A stretch of DNA of 64,000 bases from the IMG/VR virus record IMGVR_UViG_3300029121_000001; one strand, 5' to 3'. This document shows, piece by piece, positions 19,601 to 29,013 of this stretch. The position numbers and the translations under genes were made by a program. This DNA is from a virus. The notes beneath the pieces are model-generated. The model had not been told where the DNA came from. It searched no databases and was given only the letters and a program-made list of their open reading frames with translations. How positions within the stretch are numbered: position 1 is the first letter of the stretch; each line of letters starts with the position of its first letter.

Positions 19601-19793
19601 CAAGTATGAGAGTAGAATGAGATATCAAGATGACTATATAAGATCCGATACTTATGATTTCTATTCTGTATTAAATACGCATGATAAGAGACAAAGTATT
19701 AAAGGATCTATAAGTAGAAAAGAAAAGTATAATCTACTTGATACGTATTATTCTATTAGCACTCAAGAATTTCCTGCTCATCAATTTGATTAA
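16632..19793 (+). CDS. large hypothetical protein (probable virion component)
   Basis: 1053 codons from ATG 16632, with GGAGG 8 nt upstream. No motif recognised. Confidence 0.7.
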   Translation: MEKVSLSNKVFSENPLLDEIVYNARQIATGVIVKDSDLADKCETKESLINGDILVAIGNNTIAFSNFYYDEDTLGKFYPKAQAKAYAKDNDLIPKRDRDALLKMAIEIFNETYEEKNNYYRMLHGQPAYDETGVWKGLWIDTKYIDPMRPTNISHVSPYYKEDIEYDENGDQVVVSDYVPISELSISNKNLIYENGTCENIYEDTNTLASWNLTKHDVQYIMYIGDREVDYYNARVAEKFALLYCPKSDAEEVQTRFKDLFEANRMYLLYTMYQEAYKYRSDYYDNFMMIFLVIQTIIDLIVELPEYIIRRDIFDTRTCKYIFESNGVKYFKDIPLKYQVSLVKNLNKLIKFKSTDKCIIDIISIFGIEDIEVFRYYIMKDRNLNSKDNLDYFDEKKSKTDSMGNTSIVDDNDTNYDLKFIKVPLLDNYDNYIRKDSSVETYDSVTDSDAYWIGDKQYKEIKKDIKDLDFTVLRSKYYSIEAVIDLAKHNFTISYFMNILMYNDIDKSALKVNIPTISTTKKFELVDIIIALYALSYIYYGVEDTIIDTRAKCAQILGFNMEADLSKIANWLEENHKGLTLKDLHIDTYKVPDDHSIMTFKELEDIYFTNKDIYKHITEVMRNPPSKEIYDAYRYLYKSLLTTNLNMEYFLIGENNIVDQYKSNGYHGKFIVLPEKNKYHNPDDFTRDWKWLVESIEDKDLCFVVPNTFSEDHNLDVYIKKNNDLEKVGTAKMAYTYREYLAHKDGSIYAFLTAIANMNSTDTRQEACVNAIQAIVSYLKDYIDEKDDLKLDTVFSGLPSISIDFIKRYITEVIDFFKSFKIFTHDSSIIYTIDDNFENYVQIIDHILLKYLFDKSEIIKIEDAINNITSKLSPKEKCRLIDKVWFDITTWLTKNYNEYYNSDNYKQTEKIIRDYVDRYSTLVLNSEEFVDHYIEEIDDYAVDAIVHMIVDLVYNEHVNILESISTAYSEDFDDYYNDWLVDLAILLVDVKYESRMRYQDDYIRSDTYDFYSVLNTHDKRQSIKGSISRKEKYNLLDTYYSISTQEFPAHQFD

Positions 19794-19810
19794 TAAGGAG
19801 AATTTTTATC

Positions 19811-20347
19811 ATGGCCATTTTTACTGAATCATATTGTCAAAATGTCCTTGAAGGATTTATGGATAGCTATAAAGAAAATAAAAAGAAAAAGGAAGAAGAA
19901 AAGAGAAAGAAAGAAGAGGAATATCAAGCACGCAAGAAAAAGATAGAAGCTAATAATAAAAAGAAGTTTAACTTCCAGGGCATTTCTCTTTCATGTTATG
20001 ATACTGAAGATCCTGAACGACTGATTAATCTTGCAAATAAGAATATATCAGATATTAAGGATAATGCTGCTGAAGTTATGTGGAATGATATAGACAATGA
20101 ATATGATTATGGTGAATATTCAGAGCCTGCTAAACTTGATCAATTCTTCAAACAATATCCTAAATATACAGATCTTAGCTCTCAAATGATCGTAACAGAT
20201 GGACAGATTTGTGATGATGGACTTGATCTTACATTTAAAATGAAATGTAAAGATCCGACTTGTCCTAAAGGACGAGAAGTATATCTGACAGTATCTTTCG
20301 ATTCTAATGATAATGCAGAATATAGCGGTATAGATGTATCTCATTAA
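19811..20347 (+). CDS. hypothetical protein with K/E-rich N-terminal segment
   Basis: SD AAGGAG; KENKKKKEEEKRKKEEEYQARKKK. Confidence 0.65.
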   Translation: MAIFTESYCQNVLEGFMDSYKENKKKKEEEKRKKEEEYQARKKKIEANNKKKFNFQGISLSCYDTEDPERLINLANKNISDIKDNAAEVMWNDIDNEYDYGEYSEPAKLDQFFKQYPKYTDLSSQMIVTDGQICDDGLDLTFKMKCKDPTCPKGREVYLTVSFDSNDNAEYSGIDVSH

Positions 20348-20408
20348 TTGCTATATATTTATATACCGGAACATTCAAATAATTAACTAAAATGGAGGTT
20401 TTAGAAAC

Positions 20409-21272
20409 ATGTCTGATAAGCATTTGACATTTTTCGATTCTCAGCAGAATCGTGATGAAGCAAATATTCATAAGTCGTTTCTTCGTGGTGAAGTAATCTT
20501 TAAGAGTATCGATACTGGTGAGGTTCTTCTGACAACACACAATAGAGTTGTCATTGCTGGTTCTCAGTTCGTTGCAGAAAAGTGTTTCAATCTTCCTGAG
20601 CTAGTTCATCTGCCTACTTATAACGAATCTCTAGAACTAGAGAATTCTCTAAATGGAGCAACTCCTGGTAACATTCCTAAGATTTGTCTATTCTGCTGTG
20701 GTACTAATGGATGTGGCACTGAGAATTCTCAAGTATTCCCTGTTCGTTATACTAAGAGAATTCCTGTTGACTCTCAGCAAGAGCATACGAATCCCACAGA
20801 TCCTAATAATACTCTCAGTGGTATTGTTCCTTTCCGTTATCAGCTTACTCAAAATGATTTGAGTGATGAACTTCGTCAGAAGTACTTTGGTCGTCAGGTT
20901 ACTAGAGATGGTGAGCGTATTGCATATTACTTTAAGGCTTTCGAGTCTGATCCTAAGATGTATATGCGCTTTGTCGATGGTACTATCATTGATGAAAATC
21001 TGTATGATTCTCAAAATGAAACTGATGCAGAAACTTATGTTGAGATGAATCTGAGAATCACTAAGGATGATTTCCGCGATTATTTCAGAGCTACATCTTC
21101 TATCAATGATGCTAAGATCAATAGTATCTCCCTAGTAACTGCATGGTATAATGAGAATGGTGGATATCGTTGGTATCAGGATATTATTCCTATGACCCAG
21201 CTGAATATTCCCAATGAGCCGCTAATTGACCTTACTAAGGGTATTGATATTACTTATCATATTTACTTCTAA
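20409..21272 (+). CDS. hypothetical protein, high-expression codon style
   Basis: SD GGAGG. CTG/CGT/GGT-biased codons like the structural genes. Confidence 0.7.
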   Translation: MSDKHLTFFDSQQNRDEANIHKSFLRGEVIFKSIDTGEVLLTTHNRVVIAGSQFVAEKCFNLPELVHLPTYNESLELENSLNGATPGNIPKICLFCCGTNGCGTENSQVFPVRYTKRIPVDSQQEHTNPTDPNNTLSGIVPFRYQLTQNDLSDELRQKYFGRQVTRDGERIAYYFKAFESDPKMYMRFVDGTIIDENLYDSQNETDAETYVEMNLRITKDDFRDYFRATSSINDAKINSISLVTAWYNENGGYRWYQDIIPMTQLNIPNEPLIDLTKGIDITYHIYF

Positions 21273-21284
21273 TGGAGGCTAAAT

Positions 21285-22520
21285 ATGGCTAGTAACAAAA
21301 GAGAATCTAAAATAATCAAAGATCCTACTCTTAAGCAAGAGCTTCTCAATATCAAAGAAAAAGAAATCACATCTTCTTTTATTTTTGGTCTATTTGGAAA
21401 TTATAATGGACGTGCTAAATGCCATCCTTATGATATTCTAGAAGTACCTCCTGGATATTATGGTCCTGAAGGCAATAAAAATAAAAATAGTTTTATCACA
21501 ACTGTAGGAATTTGGATATTCAACAAGTGGTTTATTGAAAGTGAACTATTTGATCTATTTGGATATATCAATAAGACTATCAATGGTGATCAACTAGAAG
21601 ATATGAATCAAGATCTTTCATATGCACTTATGGAAGATCGTATTTCTGTTCAAACTCTTAAGAATTATCTAATGAAAACTCAGTTTACAATGCAGTTTGT
21701 TACGGTGCTTGCACCTAATTACACAGAAGAATTGTTGACTTGTAGTGTTCAAATAGATAAGAAAAAGAATGAGCTTATTAAGCAGCATAAAAAAGAGCTT
21801 GAAGCTGGAGATACTGTTGTTGCAAAACAGATTGAGGATGAGCTTATTGCTTATGCAAAGGAACTTTTGAAAGATGATCCTGCAATGGATTCTTTCGTTT
21901 CTGGAGCAAGATCTAATATCAATAATAACTTCAAGAATATGTTTATCTGGAAAGGTGCTACTAGAGATCCTAACCCTGATTCTAAGCAAGAGTTTCGTAT
22001 TGCTACTTCTAATTATATGGAAGGAATTAAAAGAGAAGAATACTCTCTATATTCTAATTCTGGTATTGAAGGTGCATACTCTCGTGGTAAGAAAACTGAG
22101 GGTGGCGGATATCTAGAGAACCTTACTACTATGGCATATCAAGACTTAGTACTTGATGAAGATGGAACAGATTGTCATACTGATAGACATATCGAAGTTG
22201 AACTGACTCCTAAGAATGTGAATCAGTATATGTATAACAATATTATAGGAAGTAATGGTAAGCTAATTGAACTTAATTCTCAAAACCGTGATAAGTTCAT
22301 TGGTAAGAAAGTTAAGATGCGTATGGCTTATCTATGTCCTCATGAAAAACCCTGTAATGCATGTGCTGGTAACTTCTATAAGAAACTTGGAATTAAGAAT
22401 GTTGGACTTACTCTTATGCAGGTTTTCTCTATCTATAAGAATAAGTCTATGAAGGCATTCCATGACTCTACAGTTCAATTAACAGAAATCGATACTATGA
22501 AAGCATTTGGATATAAGTAA
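21285..22520 (+). CDS. multisubunit RNA polymerase beta-prime subunit, C-terminal fragment
   Basis: [59 protein letters not shown] is collinear with bacterial SGARG..QLAGMRGLM..NFREGL..[30 protein letters not shown] matches TTVGR. No NADFDGD motif, so this is the C-terminal half only. Confidence 0.8.
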   Translation: [411 protein letters not shown]

Positions 22521-22542
22521 CATCTAAAGATAGGAGTTCTTT

Positions 22543-22941
22543 ATGGAATTCTCAATCAATAAAGATGACTACTATGATCTAACACAAAACCGAATTACAA
22601 TAAGAGGATATAGAAAAACAGATAGTATAGAAGATGCTAAGACTCTCTCATATCCTAGCATTCTTCCTAATCTATATTGTATTACCAAGACTGGACAAGT
22701 ATATTCTACAATTAATGATATTTACATTGCCTGGGCTTTTAAGAATAATATTCCATTTGTAAATCTTTCATGTGTTATAGATGGAAAATGGAGATTAGAA
22801 CCTTTTTATATTAAAGACCTGATGGCTTGTAGCTATATTGCTAACGCAAATAGTTATTTAGAGAGGGGTTATCATGCCTCTAATATAGATGGTGATCCTA
22901 GGAATTGTAGATACAATAATATAGTATATATAAAATCTTGA
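22543..22941 (+). CDS. truncated free-standing HNH homing-endonuclease-like protein
   Basis: YCITKTGQVYS (NUMOD4-like) and GYHASNIDGDPRNCRYNNIVY (HNH core) parallel the intron HNH at 49005-49730. The ORF ends right after the HNH core. Confidence 0.55.
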   Translation: MEFSINKDDYYDLTQNRITIRGYRKTDSIEDAKTLSYPSILPNLYCITKTGQVYSTINDIYIAWAFKNNIPFVNLSCVIDGKWRLEPFYIKDLMACSYIANANSYLERGYHASNIDGDPRNCRYNNIVYIKS

Positions 22942-22967
22942 TTGGTAATACAAAAAAAAAATAAAGC

Positions 22968-22989
22968 CCGGTAGGAGTAATCCTACCGG
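22968..22989. terminator. bidirectional terminator at a strand switch
   Basis: CCGGTAGGA-GTAA-TCCTACCGG, with an A-run upstream and a T-run downstream. Confidence 0.7.
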
Positions 22990-22999
22990 ACCTTTTTAT

Positions 23000-23374
23000 T
23001 TATTCATCATAGTCTTTTTCAACACTATGATCACTGATCCATTTACATGCATCAGTGCCGCATACGCTATCTTCATATGCATATTTAAAGTTGTTTCTAT
23101 TAAGAGGCATGAATTTATCTTTCGGATTAACTTTGCTTTCAGTAAGATTGAAAGTATGATCAGTGATAATAGTGCCAAAGAAATTTACTACAACCGAAGG
23201 CTCAAGAGTTCTAGGACGACTGGGATTATCTCCATGTCTAAGATCATACATTTTGATGAATCCAGGAAGTGAAGACCTATAAAGATGGCTCTCTGTAAAT
23301 AGACATTTAATACCATCAATCTCTACAACCTGATAGTTGACAATAGCATCATCATAATTAAAACAATAATTCAT
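23000..23374 (-). CDS. hypothetical protein (possibly LPD28-like domain)
   Basis: RSSLPGFIKMYDLRHGDNPSRP..VVVNFFGTIIT is reminiscent of a polyvalent-protein-associated domain. This is from memory only. Confidence 0.55.
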   Translation of the reverse strand: MNYCFNYDDAIVNYQVVEIDGIKCLFTESHLYRSSLPGFIKMYDLRHGDNPSRPRTLEPSVVVNFFGTIITDHTFNLTESKVNPKDKFMPLNRNNFKYAYEDSVCGTDACKWISDHSVEKDYDE

Positions 23375-23400
23375 ATTAAACTTCCTTTCTTTTTAAATAA

Positions 23401-24423
23401 TCACATAATTGCATCTGTACTTATCCCATGAATAGAAGCAAACATGTGAATTATAGTTTCAATAGCAAATATCGGTGATACTTCATGCCTTAATAATCTT
23501 TGATATTGCGCAATTCCATTTTCTATAGGGGTATTATTCATTGGATCATAATTATATTCTTTAGTATCATATTCAATTTGCATAGGATATAATCCATGAA
23601 CGTGATACCATAATATTTGTCCATTATGATATTCATCTATTACAACTCCACCATCTCCAGATTCTAAATCTTCAATAGGAATATTAGGTTTTCTAGATAT
23701 CCTATCAGATATAAAAAATACTTTATCTGATTTTGGATCTTTTGTAAAATCTCCAATTATATTTACAATATCACCAGGCTTAAAAGGATTTGGAAATTCA
23801 TAATATCTATCTTCAATTGGATTCTCAACAAGAAGCTCATCATTATATTCAGAAGACGTATGCAATACAATAGGTGTACAATATATATTATGAATCTCTA
23901 ATGATTTAGGGTCTATATGCGCAATAGCATAACTTTTAGATTCTCCAGTATCTTCAATTTCACATTTTACATCTGTAAAATGTATTTTTTCAATCTGTAT
24001 ACTTTGAAAAAGTTGACAATCATTTTTAGAAAATTGTTTACTATTTGACTTTATATATTCCATTGCATTATCATATGATGTGAATAATTCATCATACTCA
24101 CTACCAGATTCAGATTCTACAAAGCTAGCTTTATAGATTTCTCCTTCCTTAGCATATTTAAAATACGATAGATAAATATTTGTTCTAGTAATAAAAGAAT
24201 CTATCTGCTTGATAGTATCAATATCACATAATTCTTTACTATCTTTAAATAGATCTTTTAATTTACGTAACCCATTAATTATCTCGTATATAGATTTATT
24301 ATATGCATTCACTATTATAAAATAAATCATATCAGATGGAAGATCAATTTTATTGACTTTATAATATTCTCTCATATCTTTAGAGTCAATAAAATCTATC
24401 AGACAAGTATTAGATAAAATCAT
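23401..24423 (-). CDS. hypothetical protein
   Basis: ATG 24423 with GAAGAGGTG upstream; 340 codons. Confidence 0.65.
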   Translation of the reverse strand: MILSNTCLIDFIDSKDMREYYKVNKIDLPSDMIYFIIVNAYNKSIYEIINGLRKLKDLFKDSKELCDIDTIKQIDSFITRTNIYLSYFKYAKEGEIYKASFVESESGSEYDELFTSYDNAMEYIKSNSKQFSKNDCQLFQSIQIEKIHFTDVKCEIEDTGESKSYAIAHIDPKSLEIHNIYCTPIVLHTSSEYNDELLVENPIEDRYYEFPNPFKPGDIVNIIGDFTKDPKSDKVFFISDRISRKPNIPIEDLESGDGGVVIDEYHNGQILWYHVHGLYPMQIEYDTKEYNYDPMNNTPIENGIAQYQRLLRHEVSPIFAIETIIHMFASIHGISTDAIM

Positions 24424-24862
24424 CAATAACACCTCTTCTTTTATAATTGGTATTATAATCACCATTCATATGAGCATAGTCTGGAATAGAAATGAAATCA
24501 ATTTTTCCTTCATTATTTAAATCATTCCAAACTTTACAAGCATATTGATAATTTGTAAATTCTGGATATCTATAAGATTTTTTATTGAACCAGTCATATA
24601 GAATTTGCTCATCTACACTATCAAGTTTATCTTCGTATTTTCCAGCATGTGGAAAATATTTATTTGTGCAAAGACATATTGCTGTATCAATATATACTCC
24701 TTTAATATGAAAATGAGGTATAGTTCCTTCATTTCCATTCACCATTAATTTACATTTTCCAGCATTCTTAAATTTTATAGCATTTGGCCCTGTTTCAGGA
24801 GCAATACCAACCTCATGAATAGCAACGTATTTTGATCCATCAAATTCTACTTTTACAATCAT
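24410..24862 (-). CDS. hypothetical protein
   Basis: SD AAAGAGG. A promoter-motif copy lies upstream. Confidence 0.65.
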   Translation of the reverse strand: MIVKVEFDGSKYVAIHEVGIAPETGPNAIKFKNAGKCKLMVNGNEGTIPHFHIKGVYIDTAICLCTNKYFPHAGKYEDKLDSVDEQILYDWFNKKSYRYPEFTNYQYACKVWNDLNNEGKIDFISIPDYAHMNGDYNTNYKRRGVIDDFI

Positions 24863-24912
24863 TGTAAATTACCTCTTTAATTTTAATTTTAGATAAGAAT
24901 GTATCTTATCTT

Positions 24913-24929
24913 TCAATATTATAATATCT
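24913..24929 (-). promoter_or_regulatory. 17-nt promoter-like motif AGATATTATAATATTGA
   Basis: Just downstream of the terL terminator; upstream of gene 24410-24862. Confidence 0.5.
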
Positions 24930-24935
24930 AATTGA

Positions 24936-24968
24936 AAAGGAAGTAGAGAGAAAATCTCTACTTCCTTT
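24936..24968 (-). terminator. intrinsic terminator after terL
   Basis: AAAGGAAGTAGAGA/TCTCTACTTCCTTT stem. Confidence 0.7.
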
Positions 24969-24975
24969 ATATATT

Positions 24976-25790
24976 TTAACTTAATCTATTAAATATATCA
25001 CTTAGATTTCCTACTAGTCTTGGATCTTTATTGTGACTAGATCCATCATCACCATACCAAATTTTATTCAGATCAGATCCAATGTCAGTATATCCAACAT
25101 CTTCTTGTTTATCTAGATAATCTTTGGGAATATGATATGCATTAGCGACAGCTTGTCTACCAACAGAACTTTTCTTAATTCTATTAAGGGCAGCTTCATC
25201 TTCATTAATCTGAGCAAGATGGAAATCTTCCATACTCATTCTCTTAGATTTACTTAGATATTCTAGCTGATCATTTACCATATGTGTAGTTGCATCAGTA
25301 TCATCTGCAAATACACTAGGATCTAGTTTTTCTCCTTCTTCACCATATTCTTCTTCAAGACTATAAGAAGTTTCATCATAATGATCATCAGTATAAATTT
25401 CAGTTTTCATAATATGGAATCTTGTAGCAAGATCTTCTCCATAATAGAAAACATATAGAGCCCATAGATAAGAGAACACCAAGTCATCATGTGCATCATC
25501 TGCATGTTCTACTTTACCATTAGGCTTAACAACCATTGTGCAAAGTTCATCATAAATATCTTTACTATTAAATTTATCTCTATGATGCTGAACTCTTTGA
25601 TGAAGTAGTTCAATAAGCTGATTACGCTTATTCTTTCCAGAAGTAGAACCATAAACTTTACATTTTTTAGGTCTACGTTTGACTGTCACACCATCAAATT
25701 GCTCTTCATCAATACGATCTTTAATCTCATAGTATAGATTTTTCTTAATAGAAGTTTTAATAAGCATCTGCAGAACAGATGAACCGAAGC
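24976..25790 (-). CDS. terL: terminase large subunit, exon 3 (nuclease domain C-terminal part)
   Basis: ..FGSSVLQMLIKT..GSTSGKNKRNQLIELL..HADDAHDDLVFSYLWAL. The frame is open back to the intron 3' end (..AAATG|GCTTCGG). Confidence 0.8.
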
Positions 25791-26181
25791 CATTTAGTTT
25801 AGATATAATCGTCTACATTATATCTCTTGGTTAATTCCAAGTCACGTCCATTACAGACAGTGATCAGATCATGTGTCCACCCTATATATCTTATAGGGGT
25901 GTATTTTTCTTCCTTCCATTATAGACTTGAAGGTTCTACCTCTCCCGTCAGGAGATGATCGTTGAGCGTTATCCCATACGGATATTTCGCGGCTATACAA
26001 GGGCTTGTTAATTCTGACTTAGGATTTGACCATATCAGAATCCTTATAATTTCTTTCTACTTTCGTAACTATCACGCACATCTTTTCAGATCACGTTGTA
26101 GTATATAAGGTTCTTGACCCTCTTCATAGCAATTAACACAATGAAACTTGCAAATTACTCTACAAGCTGTGACAATCGCAC
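25791..26181 (-). mobile_element. group IA2 (td-like) intron 2 in terL, ORF-less
   Basis: CAACGAUCAUCUCC-UGAC-GGGAGAGGUAGAACC and downstream ACAUGAUCUGAUC give a P7 pairing GAUCAU/AUGAUC. The intron ends in ..AAAUG. The 5' boundary is uncertain (26110-26182). Confidence 0.7.
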
Positions 26182-27381
26182 CATTGTTCTCGATATTTAT
26201 AATAGCATTCTTTGCATAAGTGGTTGTAAATTGATATATCATATCTGCCAATTCTGGCATTGTGATATAATTGCATTTAAATGTAGCAATAACTTTAGTA
26301 GTTTGAGAATCAATGACTGTAATAGCAGACGAGTCTTTATGAATACCAGAAGAAACGTCAACACCAATAATGAAAGGATACATACTATTGATAGGTACTG
26401 TATCCCAAATCTTCATTATAAATTGTCCAGCTTTACCGAATCTCAAAATACTCTTAGGTTCTTGTTTTACTTGAGCACCGATTATATCTAGATCTTCTCT
26501 ATTGAAAGGACTATTATCTGCAGTCTTAGCCCATTCTAGTAGAACCTCACGACGAATCTTAGTCCAGTCTTTCTGTAGATCCTTAACCATGCGATCAAAG
26601 TACTCAGTACCATTACCAAGCATTTGATATGTATATCTGATATGCATAAAGTTAGAATCTTTATTGGAATCAATAACTGCCTTTAATTCATCATAACTTA
26701 GATCATAGAAACTTTCATTCCACTCAGTACCATTCAATCTAACATGATTAGCGAATTGACCTTCTCTAGTAGTCAGATCTCCAGGAGTAGTAGTAATTAG
26801 AACTCCATAAGGAGAACCATTAGCTTTAGCATTCTCGGATGCTTTAGAGAATGCAGGCATTGCGGCTGTATAAACGATATCATTATAAGGTAGAAAAGCA
26901 AACTCATCGTAATACTGTATAGCAACAGTAGCACCACGTCCTGCACCTTCTGCTAGAGCAGGAGTTCTAGCACCAGGCAGTGTAGTAATCAGATTTCTAT
27001 TAATAGGATTCTGTAATGTTTCTGCAGTATTAGGAACTCTAATTTGCTTTCCATCTCTATCTAATTGAGCTTCCATTCTCAGATATTCTGGCAATGCAGC
27101 TCTTAGATTTTTCATTGTTCTAAGGTTATTCTTAGAGTCATCATGCTTCTTATTAGCAAATATAATTCTAGTATTAGTAGCTCCAAAGTTAAATACCCAT
27201 AGATACCAACATAGAGCACTAACAGTTTTACCATGCTGTCGAGGGAATTCTACAAATTGGTTTATATTATATACGAACATATAAGCCATGGCTAGATTAC
27301 CACGACTTAATTCGAATCTTTTACCAGCTCCAACAGATCCACCTTCTGTTGGAATGCGAATAATTTCTCTGCAGAAATTAA
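26182..27381 (-). CDS. terL: terminase large subunit, exon 2 (ATPase and start of nuclease)
   Basis: ..FCREIIRIPTEGGSVGAGKRFELSRGNLA.. is in frame upstream of the track ORF. FPRQHGKT is a Walker A motif; IIGVDVSSG and INIENNG are nuclease acidic residues. Confidence 0.8.
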
Positions 27382-27760
27382 CGTATCTACGTTATTTTTT
27401 ATATTAACGCTTGTTAATCTTATGTGTTACATAAGTTCAGACTATATCTTCATCTCTTTAGAGATGTGCTATCACTTCGAGCCTCTTTTAAGGTTCTACT
27501 TCCATTTCAGGAATAGTCGTTGATCCTATACTATATTTTATATTCGCTGTGTATAGGAAGCTGATTAAACATTGTCAATAGACTTTAGGACTTATTACAA
27601 TGAGAAATTGAGAATGTAATAAGCTTTTATTTCACCATGGTCCATCTCTCTACTTGTTTCTGTCTTTCGACACCTGATTGTAGGTAAGAGAGCTTTAGCC
27701 TTTCCCAGCAATTCAATAGCATTCAACACTATGTCACCATAATGAGGGGCATTTCAGTTT
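27382..27760 (-). mobile_element. group IA2 (td-like) intron 1 in terL, ORF-less
   Basis: AACGACUAUUCC-UGAAAU-GGAAGUAGAACC, GAAGAUAUAGUCUGAAC and UAAGAUUAAC closely parallel the T4 td intron core. Boundaries are good to a few nt. Confidence 0.8.
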
Positions 27761-27989
27761 ACCAATAGTTAACCATGCATTCTCTTAGAATACGCATCTT
27801 CATTGGTTGCGGAAGATTTGGATCTCTTGGGTCAACACCCATTAATCCTGCATCATATATCAAGAGAAAGAATTTATTATTCTTGATACCACGAGCTTTA
27901 AGAAAATAATACATATTCATAAAGCTTTGATTGGTTGTAGAATCTTGATAATATACAGTAATTGGTGTTGCTGGATTAGTAACAACCAT
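27761..27989 (-). CDS. terL: terminase large subunit, exon 1
   Basis: MVVTNPATP..NKFFLLIYDAGLMGVDPRDPNL..ILRECMVNYW. The apparent stop lies in the intron. SD AAAGGAG. Confidence 0.75.
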
Positions 27990-28083
27990 TGTAATTACTC
28001 TCCTTTCTATATTATTAATTATAAGGTTTCAAAATTACAAAAACATTTATTTAATTTCTTAATAATATAGGAGGAATATTATT

Positions 28084-28701
28084 ATGCTTGTGAGTTTGGA
28101 TAACCGTTTTAAAATTCTTGCATTGGTGGTTTTAATTGTACTATTTATTATTATCTGTATTCTTCAGTATATTTCAAAACGAGAATCTGATAAATATAAA
28201 AAGGTAATTTTAAGTCCCAATGGAGAACTATATAAATTTATAAGAGAAGAATGTGAGAATGAAGAAACTATTAGAAATGGTATCATTCTTTCTATGTCTG
28301 ACTTTAGTATATTCCATGATATTGTAGATTATTATATCACAAATAAAGTAAAAGATAGGATTAAAAATGAAGGATATGGATGGCTAAATTTAGATAATAA
28401 ATATATATCCATGTATGAATCTACATATCCTATTGAATTTGCTGTTTCAAAGATTAGTGGAACTACTGTAATTACTGATCTTTTATATGATAAATATATT
28501 TCTATGATCTACGATGGTATTCATTATGGGATGCAAGCAGAGCAAGAAGCAGTTCTATATTATACAAAGCATGGTGAAGATGCTGAAGGAGATGATTTGC
28601 ATCCTATTGAAAAAGCAGAATCTTCTGACAGTGAAGATAATGATCATCAAGTAGATTATGACGCATTATATCAATTTGGAACTATAGAAGACGAAAAATA
28701 A
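28084..28701 (+). CDS. membrane-anchored protein with acidic C-terminus
   Basis: SD AGGAGG; TM helix ILALVVLIVLFIIICIL. Confidence 0.65.
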   Translation: MLVSLDNRFKILALVVLIVLFIIICILQYISKRESDKYKKVILSPNGELYKFIREECENEETIRNGIILSMSDFSIFHDIVDYYITNKVKDRIKNEGYGWLNLDNKYISMYESTYPIEFAVSKISGTTVITDLLYDKYISMIYDGIHYGMQAEQEAVLYYTKHGEDAEGDDLHPIEKAESSDSEDNDHQVDYDALYQFGTIEDEK

Positions 28702-28713
28702 AAAAAAATAAAA

Positions 28714-28737
28714 CCGGATGGGCTTTCACCCATCCGG
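28714..28737. terminator. bidirectional terminator
   Basis: CCGGATGGG-loop-CCCATCCGG flanked by A- and T-runs. Confidence 0.75.
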
Positions 28738-28746
28738 CCTTGTTTT

Positions 28747-29013
28747 TTATCGAACCGAATAATTGGTTTCGATTCGAAGGTCGTACCAAATGTCTACGAC
28801 CTTCTCACTCTTGTTAGTGTAAGTCAGACGGAAGCCAGTCTGACTTTCTGGAATGAAGATAGACGCCTTCAAGCATCCAGCTTCGATGAGTTTCTGAAAC
28901 TCATCATGGAGTCTCTCCATTTCCATTTTGGGAGGCATCGAAGCATAGCTTCTGCAAATAACCTCCTCGCTATTGTTGATGGATTTGACCAACTTATAAA
29001 CGGTTTCAATCAT
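28747..29013 (-). CDS. small hypothetical protein, compositionally foreign (GC-richer)
   Basis: SD AGGAGG. Has its own promoter-leader module (29014-29120) and its own terminator. Confidence 0.65.
   Translation of the reverse strand: MIETVYKLVKSINNSEEVICRSYASMPPKMEMERLHDEFQKLIEAGCLKASIFIPESQTGFRLTYTNKSEKVVDIWYDLRIETNYSVR

Noticed and set aside
26114-26491. Plus-strand ORF 26114-26491, and the C-terminal tail of the track ORF 26072-27289 (..AIVTACRVICKFHCVNCYEEGQEPYILQRDLKRCA).
   Set aside because: The first is antisense to the terminase exon and intron. The second is read-through into intron 2; the terminase frame resumes at 25790.
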